From: Escherichia coli
GTDB taxonomy: Bacteria > Pseudomonadota > Gammaproteobacteria > Enterobacterales > Enterobacteriaceae
DNA: 64,000 nucleotides
Direction: 5' to 3' (one strand)
Assembly (NCBI RefSeq): GCF_017348835.2
Contig: NZ_CP071375.1
Part shown: positions 29,493-42,262 of the stretch, piece by piece
Position numbering within the stretch: position 1 is the first letter of the stretch
Layout: each line of letters begins with the position of its first letter
Notes under the pieces: model-generated
The model's database searches: none
What the model was told of the DNA's origin: nothing
The model's input: the letters and a program-made list of their open reading frames with translations, nothing else
Position numbers and translations under genes: made by a program

Positions 29493-29520
29493 GCCGGATG
29501 ATGTGAATCATCCGGCACTG
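29493..29520. terminator. Bidirectional hairpin terminator between convergent pheA and tyrA
   Basis: Inverted repeat gtgccggatgatgtgaatcatccggcac. Confidence 0.5.
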
Positions 29521-29525
29521 GATTA

Positions 29526-30647
29526 TTACTGGCGATTGTCATTCGCCTGACGCAATAACACGCGGCTTTCACTCTGAAAACGCTGTGCGTAATCGCCGAA
29601 CCAGTGCTCCACCTTGCGGAAACTGTCAATAAACGCCTGCTTATCGCCCTGCTCCAGCAACTCAATCGCCTCGCCGAAACGCTTATAGTAACGTTTGATT
29701 AACGCCAGATTACGCTCTGACGACATAATAATGTCGGCATAAAGCTGCGGATCCTGAGCAAACAGTCGCCCGACCATCGCCAGCTCAAGGCGGTAAATCG
29801 GCGAAGAGAGCGCCAGAAGTTGCTCAAGCTGAACATTTTCTTCTGCCAGGTGCAGCCCGTAAGCAAAAGTAGCAAAGTGGCGCAGTGCCTGAATAAACGC
29901 CATATTCTGATCGTGCTCGACGGCGCTAATACGATGCAACCGAGCGCCCCAGACCTGAATTTGCTCCAGAAACCATTGGTATGCTTCCGGTTTACGTCCA
30001 TCACACCAGACCACAACTTGCTTTGCCAGGCTACCGCTATCCGGACCAAACATCGGGTGTAACCCCAGCACCGGGCCATCATGCGCCGCCAGCATGGCCT
30101 GTAACGGCCCATTTTTCACTGATGCCAGATCGACCAGAATACAGTCTTGCGGTAAACGCGGTAATTTGCCGATAACTTGTTCTGTAACATGAATCGGCAC
30201 GCTGACAATCACCATACCGGCATCGGCAACAATCTCAGCCGCGCGATCCCAGTCATGTTGTTCAAGGATCCGCACCTGATAGCCAGAGAGCGTCAGCATC
30301 TTCTCGAACAAGCGCCCCATCTGTCCACCGCCACCAACAATGACTACCGGACGTAGTGAAGGACAAAGCGTTTTAAACCCTTTGTCGTTTTCACTGGAGT
30401 AGGACTCACGCATTACCCGACGCAGAACATCTTCAATCAGATCTGGCGGCACGCCGAGTGCTTCCGCCTCTGCACGCCGCGAGGCCAACATAGATGCCTC
30501 ACGCTCCGGAACATAAATAGGCAGTCCAAAGCGGCTTTTTACTTCGCCCACTTCGGCAACCAGTTCCAGACGCTTCGCTAATAAATTCAGCAGCTCTTTA
30601 TCGACTTCATCAATTTGATCGCGTAATGCGGTCAATTCAGCAACCAT
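29526..30647 (-). CDS. tyrA: Bifunctional chorismate mutase / prephenate dehydrogenase (T-protein)
   Basis: 373-aa ORF recognised as TyrA; sits downstream of aroF on the same strand. Confidence 0.95.
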   Translation of the reverse strand: MVAELTALRDQIDEVDKELLNLLAKRLELVAEVGEVKSRFGLPIYVPEREASMLASRRAEAEALGVPPDLIEDVLRRVMRESYSSENDKGFKTLCPSLRPVVIVGGGGQMGRLFEKMLTLSGYQVRILEQHDWDRAAEIVADAGMVIVSVPIHVTEQVIGKLPRLPQDCILVDLASVKNGPLQAMLAAHDGPVLGLHPMFGPDSGSLAKQVVVWCDGRKPEAYQWFLEQIQVWGARLHRISAVEHDQNMAFIQALRHFATFAYGLHLAEENVQLEQLLALSSPIYRLELAMVGRLFAQDPQLYADIIMSSERNLALIKRYYKRFGEAIELLEQGDKQAFIDSFRKVEHWFGDYAQRFQSESRVLLRQANDNRQ

Positions 30648-30657
30648 AATAAACCTC

Positions 30658-31728
30658 TTAAGCCACGCGCGCCGTCAGTTGCCCTTTGAGATCATGATGG
30701 ATCTCACGCAGCAAGGCATCAGTCATTTCCCAGCTAATGCAGGCATCGGTTACGGATACACCGTATTTCATTTCACTGCGCGGTTGCTCGGAAGACTGAT
30801 TGCCCTCGTGGATATTACTTTCGATCATCAGACCAATAATTGAGCGATTGCCATCTTTGATTTGAGCAACCACGGATTCTGCCACCGCAGGCTGACGGCG
30901 ATAATCTTTATTGGAATTACCGTGGCTGCAATCTACCATCAGAGACGGGCGCAGTCCCGCCTGTTCCATCTCTTTTTCACATTGCGCAACATCCGCAGGG
31001 CTATAGTTCGGCGCTTTACCACCGCGCAGGATCACATGCCCGTCCGGATTCCCCTGAGTTTGTAGCAACGCAACCTGCCCTGCCTGGTTAATGCCAACAA
31101 AACGGTGCGGCTGGGCGGCGGCGCGCATAGCGTTAATTGCCGTTGCCAGACTGCCATCGGTGCCGTTTTTAAAACCAACCGGCATGGAAAGCCCGGAGGC
31201 CATTTCACGGTGAGTTTGCGATTCCGTTGTACGAGCACCAATTGCTGACCAGCTAAACAGATCGCCCAGGTATTGCGGGCTATTCGGATCTAACGCTTCC
31301 GTCGCCAGTGGCAGTCCCATATTCACCAGCTCAAGCAGCAATTTACGCGCGATCTGCAGCCCGGCTTCTACATCAAAAGAGCCATCCATATGGGGATCGT
31401 TAATTAACCCTTTCCAGCCGACAGTGGTACGGGGTTTTTCAAAATAGACGCGCATTACCAGATAGAGGCTATCGCTGACCTCTGCGGCAAGGGCTTTAAA
31501 TCGACGAGCATATTCCAGAGCAGTTTCCGGATCATGAATGGAACAAGGACCACATACTACCAGCAGACGAGGATCGCGCCCGGCGATAATATCTGAAATG
31601 GTTTTACGCGAGTCAGCAATCTGGGCTTCTTGTTGCAGGCTTAATGGAAAAGCGGCCTTCAGTTGTGCCGGAGTCATTAAAACCTGTTCGTCGGTAATAT
31701 GTACGTTATTCAGCGCGTCTTTTTGCAT
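30658..31728 (-). CDS. aroF: DAHP synthase, Tyr-sensitive
   Basis: ORF 30658..31797; start chosen at [10 protein letters not shown] (356 aa); class I DAHP synthase. Confidence 0.93.
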   Translation of the reverse strand: MQKDALNNVHITDEQVLMTPAQLKAAFPLSLQQEAQIADSRKTISDIIAGRDPRLLVVCGPCSIHDPETALEYARRFKALAAEVSDSLYLVMRVYFEKPRTTVGWKGLINDPHMDGSFDVEAGLQIARKLLLELVNMGLPLATEALDPNSPQYLGDLFSWSAIGARTTESQTHREMASGLSMPVGFKNGTDGSLATAINAMRAAAQPHRFVGINQAGQVALLQTQGNPDGHVILRGGKAPNYSPADVAQCEKEMEQAGLRPSLMVDCSHGNSNKDYRRQPAVAESVVAQIKDGNRSIIGLMIESNIHEGNQSSEQPRSEMKYGVSVTDACISWEMTDALLREIHHDLKGQLTARVA

Positions 31729-31937
31729 GATGGCGATCCTGTTTATGCTCGTTTGCGATAGTTGATCCTCAGCGAGGATGACGTAACGATAACACATAAA
31801 GTAAAGTTTTCAATCCATATTTCGTACATTTTTCTTTACATAAGCAATTTATTCGCGCTTTCAACCCTTGCCCCTGTATAGATAAATTTACACCACCTTT
31901 GAAAACAATCCGCTATGCTTTGAAAAAGGAGAAAGAA

Positions 31938-32303
31938 ATGATGAAAAAGTTTATCGCCCCCTTGTTGGCTTTACTGGTTAGCGGATGCCAGATTGATCCT
32001 TATACTCACGCGCCAACCTTGACCAGCACCGACTGGTATGATGTTGGTATGGAAGATGCGATATCGGGCAGCGCCATAAAAGATGACGATGCATTTAGCG
32101 ATTCACAGGCGGATCGCGGTCTATTCCTTAAAGGATATGCCGAAGGACAAAAGAAAACTTGCCAGACCGATTTTACTTATGCCCGAGGACTTTCCGGTAA
32201 AAGCTTTCCTGCCAGCTGCAACAATGTTGAAAATACAAGCCAACTGCATGAAGTATGGCAAAAAGGGGCTGATGAAAATGCCAGCACAATACGATTAAAT
32301 TAA
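31938..32303 (+). CDS. yfiL: Small lipoprotein YfiL
   Basis: ORF 31899..32303; start chosen at MMKKFIAPLLALLVSGC (lipobox); 121 aa. Confidence 0.75.
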   Translation: MMKKFIAPLLALLVSGCQIDPYTHAPTLTSTDWYDVGMEDAISGSAIKDDDAFSDSQADRGLFLKGYAEGQKKTCQTDFTYARGLSGKSFPASCNNVENTSQLHEVWQKGADENASTIRLN

Positions 32304-32452
32304 TTAAAACCCCACAAATAAATTAAACATAAGATTTTACTCATTATGTTTTATTTCTCACAATGATGACGATCGCATGAAAAAATGATATTTTAATGAG
32401 CATTCTGAAAAAATATCGATGCATTTCGAGCGAAGATGGTGGGGATCCCTGA

Positions 32453-32971
32453 ATGCGTTTTTCTCACCGACTGTTCTTACTTCTGATTCTCCTGCTGACG
32501 GGAGCACCAATACTCGCTCAGGAGCCTTCTGACGTTGCGAAAAACGTGCGTATGATGGTTTCCGGTATTGTCAGTTACACCCGCTGGCCTGCGCTATCAG
32601 GGCCACCAAAATTATGTATCTTTTCATCTTCACGTTTTAGTACCGCCCTACAAGAGAATGCCGCGACATCTTTGCCTTATCTGCCTGTCATCATTCACAC
32701 TCAACAAGAGGCGATGATTTCAGGCTGCAATGGTTTTTATTTTGGCAACGAGTCACCGACATTCCAGATGGAATTAACCGAACAATATCCGTCAAAGGCG
32801 TTATTATTAATTGCCGAACAAAATACCGAGTGCATTATTGGTAGCGCCTTTTGTCTGATCATCCACAATAATGACGTCAGATTTGCCGTAAACCTGGATG
32901 CCTTATCGCGTAGCGGTGTAAAGGTCAACCCGGATGTCTTAATGCTCGCACGGAAGAAAAATGATGGATAA
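32453..32971 (+). CDS. yfiR: Periplasmic repressor of the DgcN diguanylate cyclase
   Basis: 172-aa ORF with signal peptide; first gene of yfiRNB; overlaps the dgcN start by 11 bp. Confidence 0.85.
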
Positions 32972-34187
32972 CGATAATTCTCTTAATAAGCGCCCCACGT
33001 TTAAAAGAGCATTACGCAACATCAGTATGACCAGCATATTTATCACTATGATGCTGATCTGGTTGCTGCTTTCCGTGACCTCGGTGCTGACCCTGAAACA
33101 GTACGCGCAAAAAAACCTGGCACTGACAGCAGCAACAATGACTTACAGTCTGGAAGCAGCTGTCGTTTTTGCCGATGGCCCTGCAGCAACTGAAACACTG
33201 GCAGCGCTGGGCCAGCAAGGGCAATTTTCAACTGCAGAAGTACGTGATAAGCAGCAAAATATTCTGGCATCCTGGCATTACACCCGTAAGGATCCAGGCG
33301 ATACTTTCAGCAATTTCATAAGCCACTGGCTCTTCCCTGCCCCCATCATTCAGCCGATTCGTCACAATGGCGAAACCATTGGCGAAGTACGCTTAACCGC
33401 TCGCGACAGTTCAATCAGCCATTTTATCTGGTTTTCGCTCGCCGTACTGACCGGTTGTATTCTGCTGGCATCAGGAATCGCAATTACCCTCACCCGCCAT
33501 TTGCACAATGGCCTGGTGGAAGCACTGAAAAATATCACCGATGTCGTACATGATGTGCGTTCCAACCGCAATTTTTCCCGACGAGTTTCGGAAGAACGTA
33601 TCGCTGAGTTTCACCGATTCGCTCTCGACTTCAACAGTCTGCTGGATGAAATGGAAGAGTGGCAGCTTCGTTTACAGGCCAAAAATGCGCAGCTTCTACG
33701 TACCGCGCTACATGACCCATTAACCGGGCTGGCTAACCGCGCAGCGTTTCGTAGCGGCATCAACACGTTGATGAACAATTCCGATGCCCGAAAAACGTCG
33801 GCGTTACTATTTCTTGATGGCGATAATTTCAAATATATCAATGATACCTGGGGTCATGCGACGGGCGATAGAGTCTTGATTGAAATCGCAAAACGGTTAG
33901 CTGAATTTGGCGGGCTGCGACATAAAGCATACCGCCTGGGCGGCGATGAATTCGCTATGGTGCTCTATGATGTACAGTCGGAATCTGAAGTGCAGCAGAT
34001 ATGCTCAGCACTGACACAAATCTTTAATCTCCCGTTTGATCTTCATAATGGCCATCAGACCACCATGACATTAAGCATTGGTTACGCGATGACCATTGAG
34101 CACGCCTCTGCGGAAAAATTACAAGAGCTTGCCGATCACAATATGTATCAGGCCAAACACCAGCGTGCCGAAAAGCTGGTGAGATAA
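32961..34187 (+). CDS. dgcN: Membrane-bound diguanylate cyclase (GGDEF domain)
   Basis: 408-aa ORF with two TM segments, a HAMP-like linker and a GGDEF domain (RLGGDEF motif). Confidence 0.88.
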
Positions 34188-34202
34188 CAAGGATATATCG
34201 AT

Positions 34203-34685
34203 ATGATAAAGCACCTGGTAGCACCCCTGATTTTCACCTCACTAATACTGACTGGCTGCCAGTCCCCTCAGGGAAAGTTTACTCCTGAGCAAGTCGCCGC
34301 TATGCAATCTTATGGATTTACTGAATCCGCCGGCGATTGGTCGCTGGGCTTATCAGATGCCATTCTGTTCGCAAAAAATGACTACAAATTGCTCCCGGAA
34401 AGCCAGCAACAGATCCAAACCATGGCAGCCAAATTGGCCTCGACAGGGCTAACACATGCCCGTATGGATGGACACACCGATAACTATGGTGAAGACAGTT
34501 ACAACGAAGGCTTATCATTGAAACGGGCGAATGTCGTGGCCGATGCATGGGCTATGGGTGGACAAATTCCACGCAGCAATCTCACCACACAGGGTTTAGG
34601 AAAAAAATATCCCATAGCCAGTAACAAGACCGCCCAGGGCCGCGCCGAGAACCGCCGCGTCGCAGTGGTGATTACTACCCCTTAA
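34203..34685 (+). CDS. yfiB: OmpA-family outer-membrane lipoprotein YfiB
   Basis: 160-aa ORF with lipobox (LILTGC) and C-terminal OmpA-like peptidoglycan-binding domain. Confidence 0.88.
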   Translation: MIKHLVAPLIFTSLILTGCQSPQGKFTPEQVAAMQSYGFTESAGDWSLGLSDAILFAKNDYKLLPESQQQIQTMAAKLASTGLTHARMDGHTDNYGEDSYNEGLSLKRANVVADAWAMGGQIPRSNLTTQGLGKKYPIASNKTAQGRAENRRVAVVITTP

Positions 34686-34700
34686 AACACGAGCAAACAG

Positions 34701-34735
34701 ATAAAAAAAAGGGCCAGCCAATTGGCCAGCCCTTC
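34701..34735 (-). terminator. rplS operon intrinsic terminator
   Basis: On the minus-strand RNA, gggcuggcc/ggcuggccc pair with G-U wobbles and are followed by a U8 tract. Confidence 0.5.
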
Positions 34736-34762
34736 TTAACAGGATGTCGCTTAAGCGAAATC

Positions 34763-35113
<351 letters not shown>

Positions 35114-35151
35114 TTAATCTCTTATCCTGGGTAAACTGATATCTCGGGGGC

Positions 35152-35919
35152 TTACGCCATCCCATCATGTTTATGTTGCTGTTGTGCGTGTTCCGTTTTG
35201 AACTCCGCCAGCAACCTTGCTTGCTCTTCAGTCAGAGCCAGGTTTTCCAGAAGTTCAGGTCTTCTAAGCCAGGTACGGCCCAGCGACTGTTTCAAACGCC
35301 AGCGACGTATCTCGGCATGGTTGCCCGACAGTAACACTGGCGGAACTTCCATCCCTTCTAACACCTCAGGCCGCGTATAGTGCGGGCAATCCAGCAATCC
35401 TTCAGCAAAGGAATCTTCCGTTGCCGAGGCTTCATGTCCCAGTACTCCCGGAATAAACCGGGAAACGGAGTCAATCAGCGTCATTGCTGGTAACTCACCA
35501 CCACTGAGAACGTAATCGCCGATTGACCATTCTTCGTCAATTTCGGTTTGGATCACGCGCTCATCTATACCTTCGTAGCGACCGCACACCAGAATCAATT
35601 TTTGATTCGTTGCCAGTTCGCTGACGCCCGCTTGATCAAGCTTGCGTCCCTGTGGTGAAAGATAAATCACCTTTGCGCCTTCACCCGCCGCGGCTTTTGC
35701 TGCATGAATGGCGTCCCGCAAGGGTTGCACCATCATTAACATCCCCGGTCCGCCGCCGTAAGGACGATCGTCCACGGTACGGTGCCGGTCATGCGTGAAA
35801 TCGCGAGGACTCCAGCTCTGGATGCTCAGCAGGCCATTTTTAACTGCCCGGCCAGTTACCCCGTAATCGGTAATTGCGCGGAACATTTCAGGAAACAGGC
35901 TAATTATGCCAATCCACAT
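35152..35919 (-). CDS. trmD: tRNA (guanine37-N1)-methyltransferase
   Basis: 255-aa ORF recognised as TrmD (SPOUT fold). Confidence 0.95.
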
Positions 35920-35949
35920 AGCGCCGTCTTTTACCGTTTATCCGGTGGT

Positions 35950-36498
35950 TTAAAAACCAGGATCCCAATCTACTTCGATTGAACGAGTAGTGAGATCGAC
36001 TTTCTTGATAACCTGCCCATCGAGGAACGGTACGAGACGTTCCTTGATACCAAACGCATCTTTCAGGTTTGCCTTAATGACGAGAACGTCATTGGATCCG
36101 GTTTCCATCATATCGACGACTTTACCGAGATCGTAGCCTTCAGTGGTTACTACCTGGCAGCCCATCAGGTCTTTCCAGTAGTAGTCACCCTCTTCAAGCT
36201 GAGGCAGCTGCGATGAATCCACGACAATTTCACAATTTGTCAGCAGGTTCGCCGCATCACGATCGTCAACGCCTTTCAGCTTGATGATCATGTCCTGATT
36301 GTGGTGCTTCCAGCTTTCCAGCTGGACTTGCTGCCACTGACCCGCCTTCTGGATAAACCAGGGCTGATAGTCAAAAATGCTTTCGGCGTCTTCGGTGGAA
36401 GAAAACACTCTGAGCCACCCACGAATACCGTAAGACGAACCCATTTTTCCCAAAACGATGGGATCAACAGGTGCTTGCGCGGTGAGTTGTTTGCTCAT
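35950..36498 (-). CDS. rimM: Ribosome maturation factor RimM
   Basis: ORF 35950..36507; start chosen at [10 protein letters not shown] (182 aa). Confidence 0.9.
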
Positions 36499-36516
36499 CA
36501 TGACCACCGTGACAGA

Positions 36517-36843
<327 letters not shown>

Positions 36844-36901
36844 TTACTGATTTCTGGAGAAAATGCAATCAGCAGTTAATAACTCTGTCGCATAAGGTCA
36901 T

Positions 36902-38263
36902 TTAGCGACCAGGAAATCCCGGCGGCATCATCCCCTTCATGCTTCTCATCATCTTCGCCATTCCGCCTTTCTTCATTTTCTTCATCATGCGCTGCATGTC
37001 GTCGAACTGCTTCAGAAGGCGGTTAACGTCCTGCACCTGCATACCGCAACCGGCAGCAATACGGCGTTTACGCGAACCTTTGATGATTTCTGGCTTAGCG
37101 CGCTCTTTCATCGTCATTGAGTTGATGATGGCTTCCATACGCACCAGCACTTTATCGTCCATCTGCGACTTGACGTTATCCGGGATCTGCCCCATGCCCG
37201 GCAGTTTGCCCATCAAGCTGGCCATGCCGCCCATATTTTTCATCTGGCGCAGCTGCTCAAGAAAGTCGTTGAGATCGAAGCCGTCACCTTTTTTCAGCTT
37301 GCTGGCTAATTTCTCTGCCTGCGCGCGGTCAACTTTGCTTTCGATATCTTCGATCAGCGACAGTACGTCGCCCATGCCGAGAATACGCGACGCGATGCGG
37401 TCCGGATGGAACGGCTCCAGCGCCTCAGTTTTCTCGCCAACACCGAGGAACTTGATCGGTTTGCCAGTGATGTGACGAATAGAGAGCGCCGCACCGCCGC
37501 GGGCATCGCCGTCCACTTTGGTCAACACTACGCCGGTAAGCGGTAACGCTTCATTGAATGCTTTTGCCGTATTGGCCGCATCCTGACCGGTCATGGCGTC
37601 AACCACAAACAGGGTTTCAACCGGGTTAATCGACGCATGGACTTGTTTGATCTCGTCCATCATCGCTTCGTCAACGTGCAGACGACCAGCGGTATCCACC
37701 AGCAGCACGTCGTAGAATTTCAGTTTGGCTTCTTTCAGCGCCGCGTTAACGATATCTACCGGCTTCTGACCAACATCAGAAGGGAAGAAATCAACGCCCA
37801 CCTGCTCTGCCAGCGTCTCAAGCTGTTTGATTGCCGCCGGGCGATAGACGTCGGCAGAAACCACCAACACTTTCTTCTTGTGCTTCTCGCGCAGGAACTT
37901 ACCGAGTTTACCAACGCTGGTTGTTTTACCGGCACCTTGCAGGCCCGCCATCAGCACGACCGCTGGCGGTTGCGCAGCCAGGTTCAGGGTCTGGTTCTCT
38001 TCGCCCATCGCCGCAACCAGTTCGTTACGGACGATTTTGACGAACTCCTGCCCCGGCGTCAGGCTCTTATTAACTTCATGACCAACCGCTTTCTCTTTTA
38101 CGCGATTGATAAACTCACGCACTACCGGCAGAGCAACGTCCGCCTCCAGCAGCGCCATGCGCACTTCGCGCAGCGTATCTTTTACGTTGTCTTCAGTGAG
38201 GCGTCCACGGCCACTGATATTGCGCAGCGTGCGCGACAAACGATCGGTTAAATTATCAAACAT
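36902..38263 (-). CDS. ffh: Signal recognition particle protein Ffh
   Basis: 453-aa ORF with NG domain (GLQGAGKTT) and Met-rich C-terminal M domain. Confidence 0.95.
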   Translation of the reverse strand: MFDNLTDRLSRTLRNISGRGRLTEDNVKDTLREVRMALLEADVALPVVREFINRVKEKAVGHEVNKSLTPGQEFVKIVRNELVAAMGEENQTLNLAAQPPAVVLMAGLQGAGKTTSVGKLGKFLREKHKKKVLVVSADVYRPAAIKQLETLAEQVGVDFFPSDVGQKPVDIVNAALKEAKLKFYDVLLVDTAGRLHVDEAMMDEIKQVHASINPVETLFVVDAMTGQDAANTAKAFNEALPLTGVVLTKVDGDARGGAALSIRHITGKPIKFLGVGEKTEALEPFHPDRIASRILGMGDVLSLIEDIESKVDRAQAEKLASKLKKGDGFDLNDFLEQLRQMKNMGGMASLMGKLPGMGQIPDNVKSQMDDKVLVRMEAIINSMTMKERAKPEIIKGSRKRRIAAGCGMQVQDVNRLLKQFDDMQRMMKKMKKGGMAKMMRSMKGMMPPGFPGR

Positions 38264-38429
38264 TGTCTCTCGCCTGGGGTGGAAACGGTTGGCCGCAATC
38301 GCGACACATCATCAGTATTTTGCCGCAGTATAACATGAAGGCGTCTTTGTTGTTATGCAACGGTTGGAGCAGCGTTCACCTGACGCTATACTGCTTCTCT
38401 TTCTTATTGCTCAAACTGTCGACATCACT

Positions 38430-39221
38430 ATGCCCGTTTTTGCTCTGCTCGCGCTTGTCGCCTACTCCGTCAGTCTTGCGCTGATTGTTCCCGGTCTGCT
38501 GCAAAAAAACGGCGGCTGGCGGCGCATGGCTATTATTTCTGCGGTCATTGCGCTGGTCTGCCACGCAATCGCTCTGGAAGCCCGCATCCTGCCCGACGGT
38601 GATAGCGGACAAAACCTCAGCCTGCTGAACGTTGGTTCATTGGTCAGTTTGATGATCTGTACGGTAATGACCATTGTGGCTTCTCGCAATCGTGGCTGGT
38701 TGCTGCTACCCATTGTCTATGCCTTTGCGCTTATCAACCTGGCGCTGGCGACCTTCATGCCCAATGAATACATCACCAATCTGGAAGCTACGCCTGGGAT
38801 GCTGGTGCACATTGGCTTATCGCTCTTTTCCTATGCCACGCTAATTATCGCCGCCCTGTACGCGCTGCAACTGGCGTGGATTGATTACCAACTGAAGAAC
38901 AAGAAGCTGGCGTTTAACCAGGAAATGCCGCCATTGATGAGTATCGAGCGTAAAATGTTCCACATCACGCAGATTGGCGTGGTGCTGCTAACGCTCACGC
39001 TTTGCACTGGCCTGTTCTACATGCACAACTTATTTAGCATGGAAAATATCGACAAGGCTGTGCTCTCTATCGTGGCGTGGTTTGTCTATATTGTGCTGCT
39101 GTGGGGACATTATCATGAAGGATGGCGTGGACGCCGCGTCGTCTGGTTTAACGTTGCGGGTGCAGTCATTCTGACACTGGCCTACTTCGGCAGCCGAATT
39201 GTCCAGCAGTTAATCAGCTAA
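38430..39221 (+). CDS. ypjD: Inner-membrane protein YpjD (cytochrome c assembly-like family)
   Basis: ORF 38355..39221; start chosen at MPVFALLALVAYS (263 aa); polytopic membrane protein divergent from ffh. Confidence 0.8.
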   Translation: MPVFALLALVAYSVSLALIVPGLLQKNGGWRRMAIISAVIALVCHAIALEARILPDGDSGQNLSLLNVGSLVSLMICTVMTIVASRNRGWLLLPIVYAFALINLALATFMPNEYITNLEATPGMLVHIGLSLFSYATLIIAALYALQLAWIDYQLKNKKLAFNQEMPPLMSIERKMFHITQIGVVLLTLTLCTGLFYMHNLFSMENIDKAVLSIVAWFVYIVLLWGHYHEGWRGRRVVWFNVAGAVILTLAYFGSRIVQQLIS

Positions 39222-39265
39222 ACCCAGAAAAGGAGTTTCCCCTGGAACACATTTCTACTACTACG

Positions 39266-40528
39266 TTGATCATTATTCTGATCATCATGGTGGTCATTTC
39301 AGCCTATTTTTCCGGGTCCGAAACCGGAATGATGACCCTCAACCGCTATCGTCTGCGACATATGGCGAAACAGGGTAATCGCTCGGCCAAACGCGTCGAA
39401 AAACTGCTGCGTAAGCCAGACCGCCTGATAAGCCTGGTGTTAATCGGCAATAACCTGGTCAATATTCTTGCCTCCGCGCTCGGCACTATTGTTGGGATGC
39501 GTTTGTACGGCGATGCGGGCGTGGCAATTGCGACTGGTGTGCTGACTTTTGTCGTACTGGTTTTTGCTGAGGTATTGCCGAAAACCATTGCTGCGCTGTA
39601 CCCGGAAAAAGTCGCTTATCCGAGTAGTTTTCTGCTGGCTCCGCTGCAAATTTTGATGATGCCGCTGGTCTGGTTGCTGAATGCTATCACCCGTATGCTG
39701 ATGCGCATGATGGGTATCAAAACCGATATCGTGGTTAGCGGCTCTTTGAGCAAAGAAGAGTTGCGCACTATCGTGCACGAATCGCGCTCACAAATTTCCC
39801 GTCGCAATCAGGATATGCTGCTGTCGGTGCTCGATCTGGAAAAAATGACCGTTGATGACATCATGGTGCCGCGCAGTGAAATTATCGGTATTGATATCAA
39901 CGATGACTGGAAATCGATTCTGCGCCAACTCTCCCACTCACCTCACGGGCGCATCGTGCTCTACCGTGATTCGCTGGACGACGCCATCAGTATGCTGCGA
40001 GTACGTGAAGCCTGGCGGTTGATGTCGGAGAAAAAAGAGTTCACCAAAGAAACCATGCTGCGCGCCGCGGACGAGATCTATTTTGTGCCGGAAGGTACGC
40101 CGCTCAGCACGCAGTTGGTAAAGTTTCAGCGCAACAAAAAGAAAGTCGGCCTGGTCGTCAACGAGTATGGAGACATTCAGGGGCTGGTGACGGTTGAAGA
40201 TATTCTGGAAGAGATTGTCGGCGATTTCACTACGTCGATGTCGCCAACACTTGCCGAAGAAGTCACGCCGCAAAACGACGGTTCGGTGATTATTGATGGC
40301 ACTGCCAACGTGCGGGAAATCAACAAAGCCTTTAACTGGCATCTACCGGAAGATGATGCCCGCACGGTTAATGGCGTCATTCTTGAGGCACTGGAAGAGA
40401 TCCCTGTCGCAGGCACCCGCGTGCGTATTGGCGAGTACGATATCGATATTCTCGACGTACAGGACAATATGATTAAGCAGGTAAAAGTTTTTCCTGTGAA
40501 ACCGCTGCGCGAGAGTGTGGCGGAGTAA
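39266..40528 (+). CDS. yfjD: CNNM/CorC-family membrane protein (DUF21 + CBS pair + CorC_HlyC domain)
   Basis: 420-aa ORF from the first ATG; the true start may lie a few codons upstream at a non-ATG codon. Confidence 0.85.
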   Translation: MIIILIIMVVISAYFSGSETGMMTLNRYRLRHMAKQGNRSAKRVEKLLRKPDRLISLVLIGNNLVNILASALGTIVGMRLYGDAGVAIATGVLTFVVLVFAEVLPKTIAALYPEKVAYPSSFLLAPLQILMMPLVWLLNAITRMLMRMMGIKTDIVVSGSLSKEELRTIVHESRSQISRRNQDMLLSVLDLEKMTVDDIMVPRSEIIGIDINDDWKSILRQLSHSPHGRIVLYRDSLDDAISMLRVREAWRLMSEKKEFTKETMLRAADEIYFVPEGTPLSTQLVKFQRNKKKVGLVVNEYGDIQGLVTVEDILEEIVGDFTTSMSPTLAEEVTPQNDGSVIIDGTANVREINKAFNWHLPEDDARTVNGVILEALEEIPVAGTRVRIGEYDIDILDVQDNMIKQVKVFPVKPLRESVAE

Positions 40529-40582
40529 CGAAAACGGCCCGGCATTCGCATGCAGGGCCGTGAATTATTACGAAAGCAGAAA

Positions 40583-41209
<627 letters not shown>

Positions 41210-41219
41210 CTAACTTCGC

Positions 41220-41252
41220 TTATTATGGGGATCAGTTTCAGGGTTTCAAGGG
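41220..41252 (-). promoter_or_regulatory. Sigma-32 (heat-shock) promoter of grpE
   Basis: Minus strand reads CTTGAAA - 13 nt - CCCCATAAT, a near-consensus sigma-32 promoter. Confidence 0.6.
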
Positions 41253-41298
41253 AAGCACTCACATTGTCATCAATCTTCGCAACAAGGACCTCGGAAAA

Positions 41299-42177
41299 AT
41301 GAATAATCATTTCAAGTGTATTGGCATTGTGGGACACCCACGGCACCCTACTGCACTGACAACACATGAAATGCTCTACCGCTGGCTCTGCACAAAAGGT
41401 TACGAGGTCATCGTTGAGCAACAAATCGCTCACGAATTGCAACTGAAGAATGTGAAAACTGGCACGCTCGCGGAGATTGGGCAACTGGCTGATCTCGCGG
41501 TAGTCGTTGGTGGCGACGGTAATATGCTGGGCGCGGCGCGCACGCTCGCCCGCTACGATATTAAAGTTATTGGAATCAACCGTGGCAACCTGGGTTTCCT
41601 GACTGACCTGGATCCCGATAACGCCCAGCAACAGTTAGCCGATGTGCTGGAAGGCCACTACATCAGCGAAAAACGTTTTTTGCTGGAAGCGCAAGTCTGC
41701 CAGCAAGATTGCCAGAAACGCATCAGCACGGCGATTAACGAAGTGGTACTTCACCCTGGCAAAGTGGCGCATATGATTGAGTTCGAAGTGTATATCGACG
41801 AGATATTTGCGTTTTCTCAGCGTTCCGATGGCCTGATTATTTCGACACCTACAGGCTCCACTGCCTATTCTCTCTCGGCAGGCGGTCCAATTCTGACGCC
41901 TTCTCTGGATGCAATTACCCTCGTGCCCATGTTCCCGCATACGTTGTCAGCACGACCGCTGGTGATAAACAGCAGCAGCACGATCCGTCTGCGTTTTTCG
42001 CATCGCCGTAATGACCTGGAAATCAGTTGCGACAGCCAGATAGCCCTGCCAATTCAGGAAGGTGAAGATGTCTTGATTCGTCGCTGTGATTACCATCTGA
42101 ATCTGATTCACCCGAAAGACTATAGCTATTTCAACACATTAAGCACAAAGCTCGGCTGGTCAAAAAAATTATTCTAA
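41299..42177 (+). CDS. nadK: NAD kinase
   Basis: 292-aa ORF with GGDG motif ([10 protein letters not shown]). Confidence 0.93.
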
Positions 42178-42262
42178 TTTTGCGCCAGCCTCTTTACTGT
42201 ATATAAAACCAGTTTATACTGTACACAATAACAGTAATGGTTTTTCATACAGGAAAACGACT

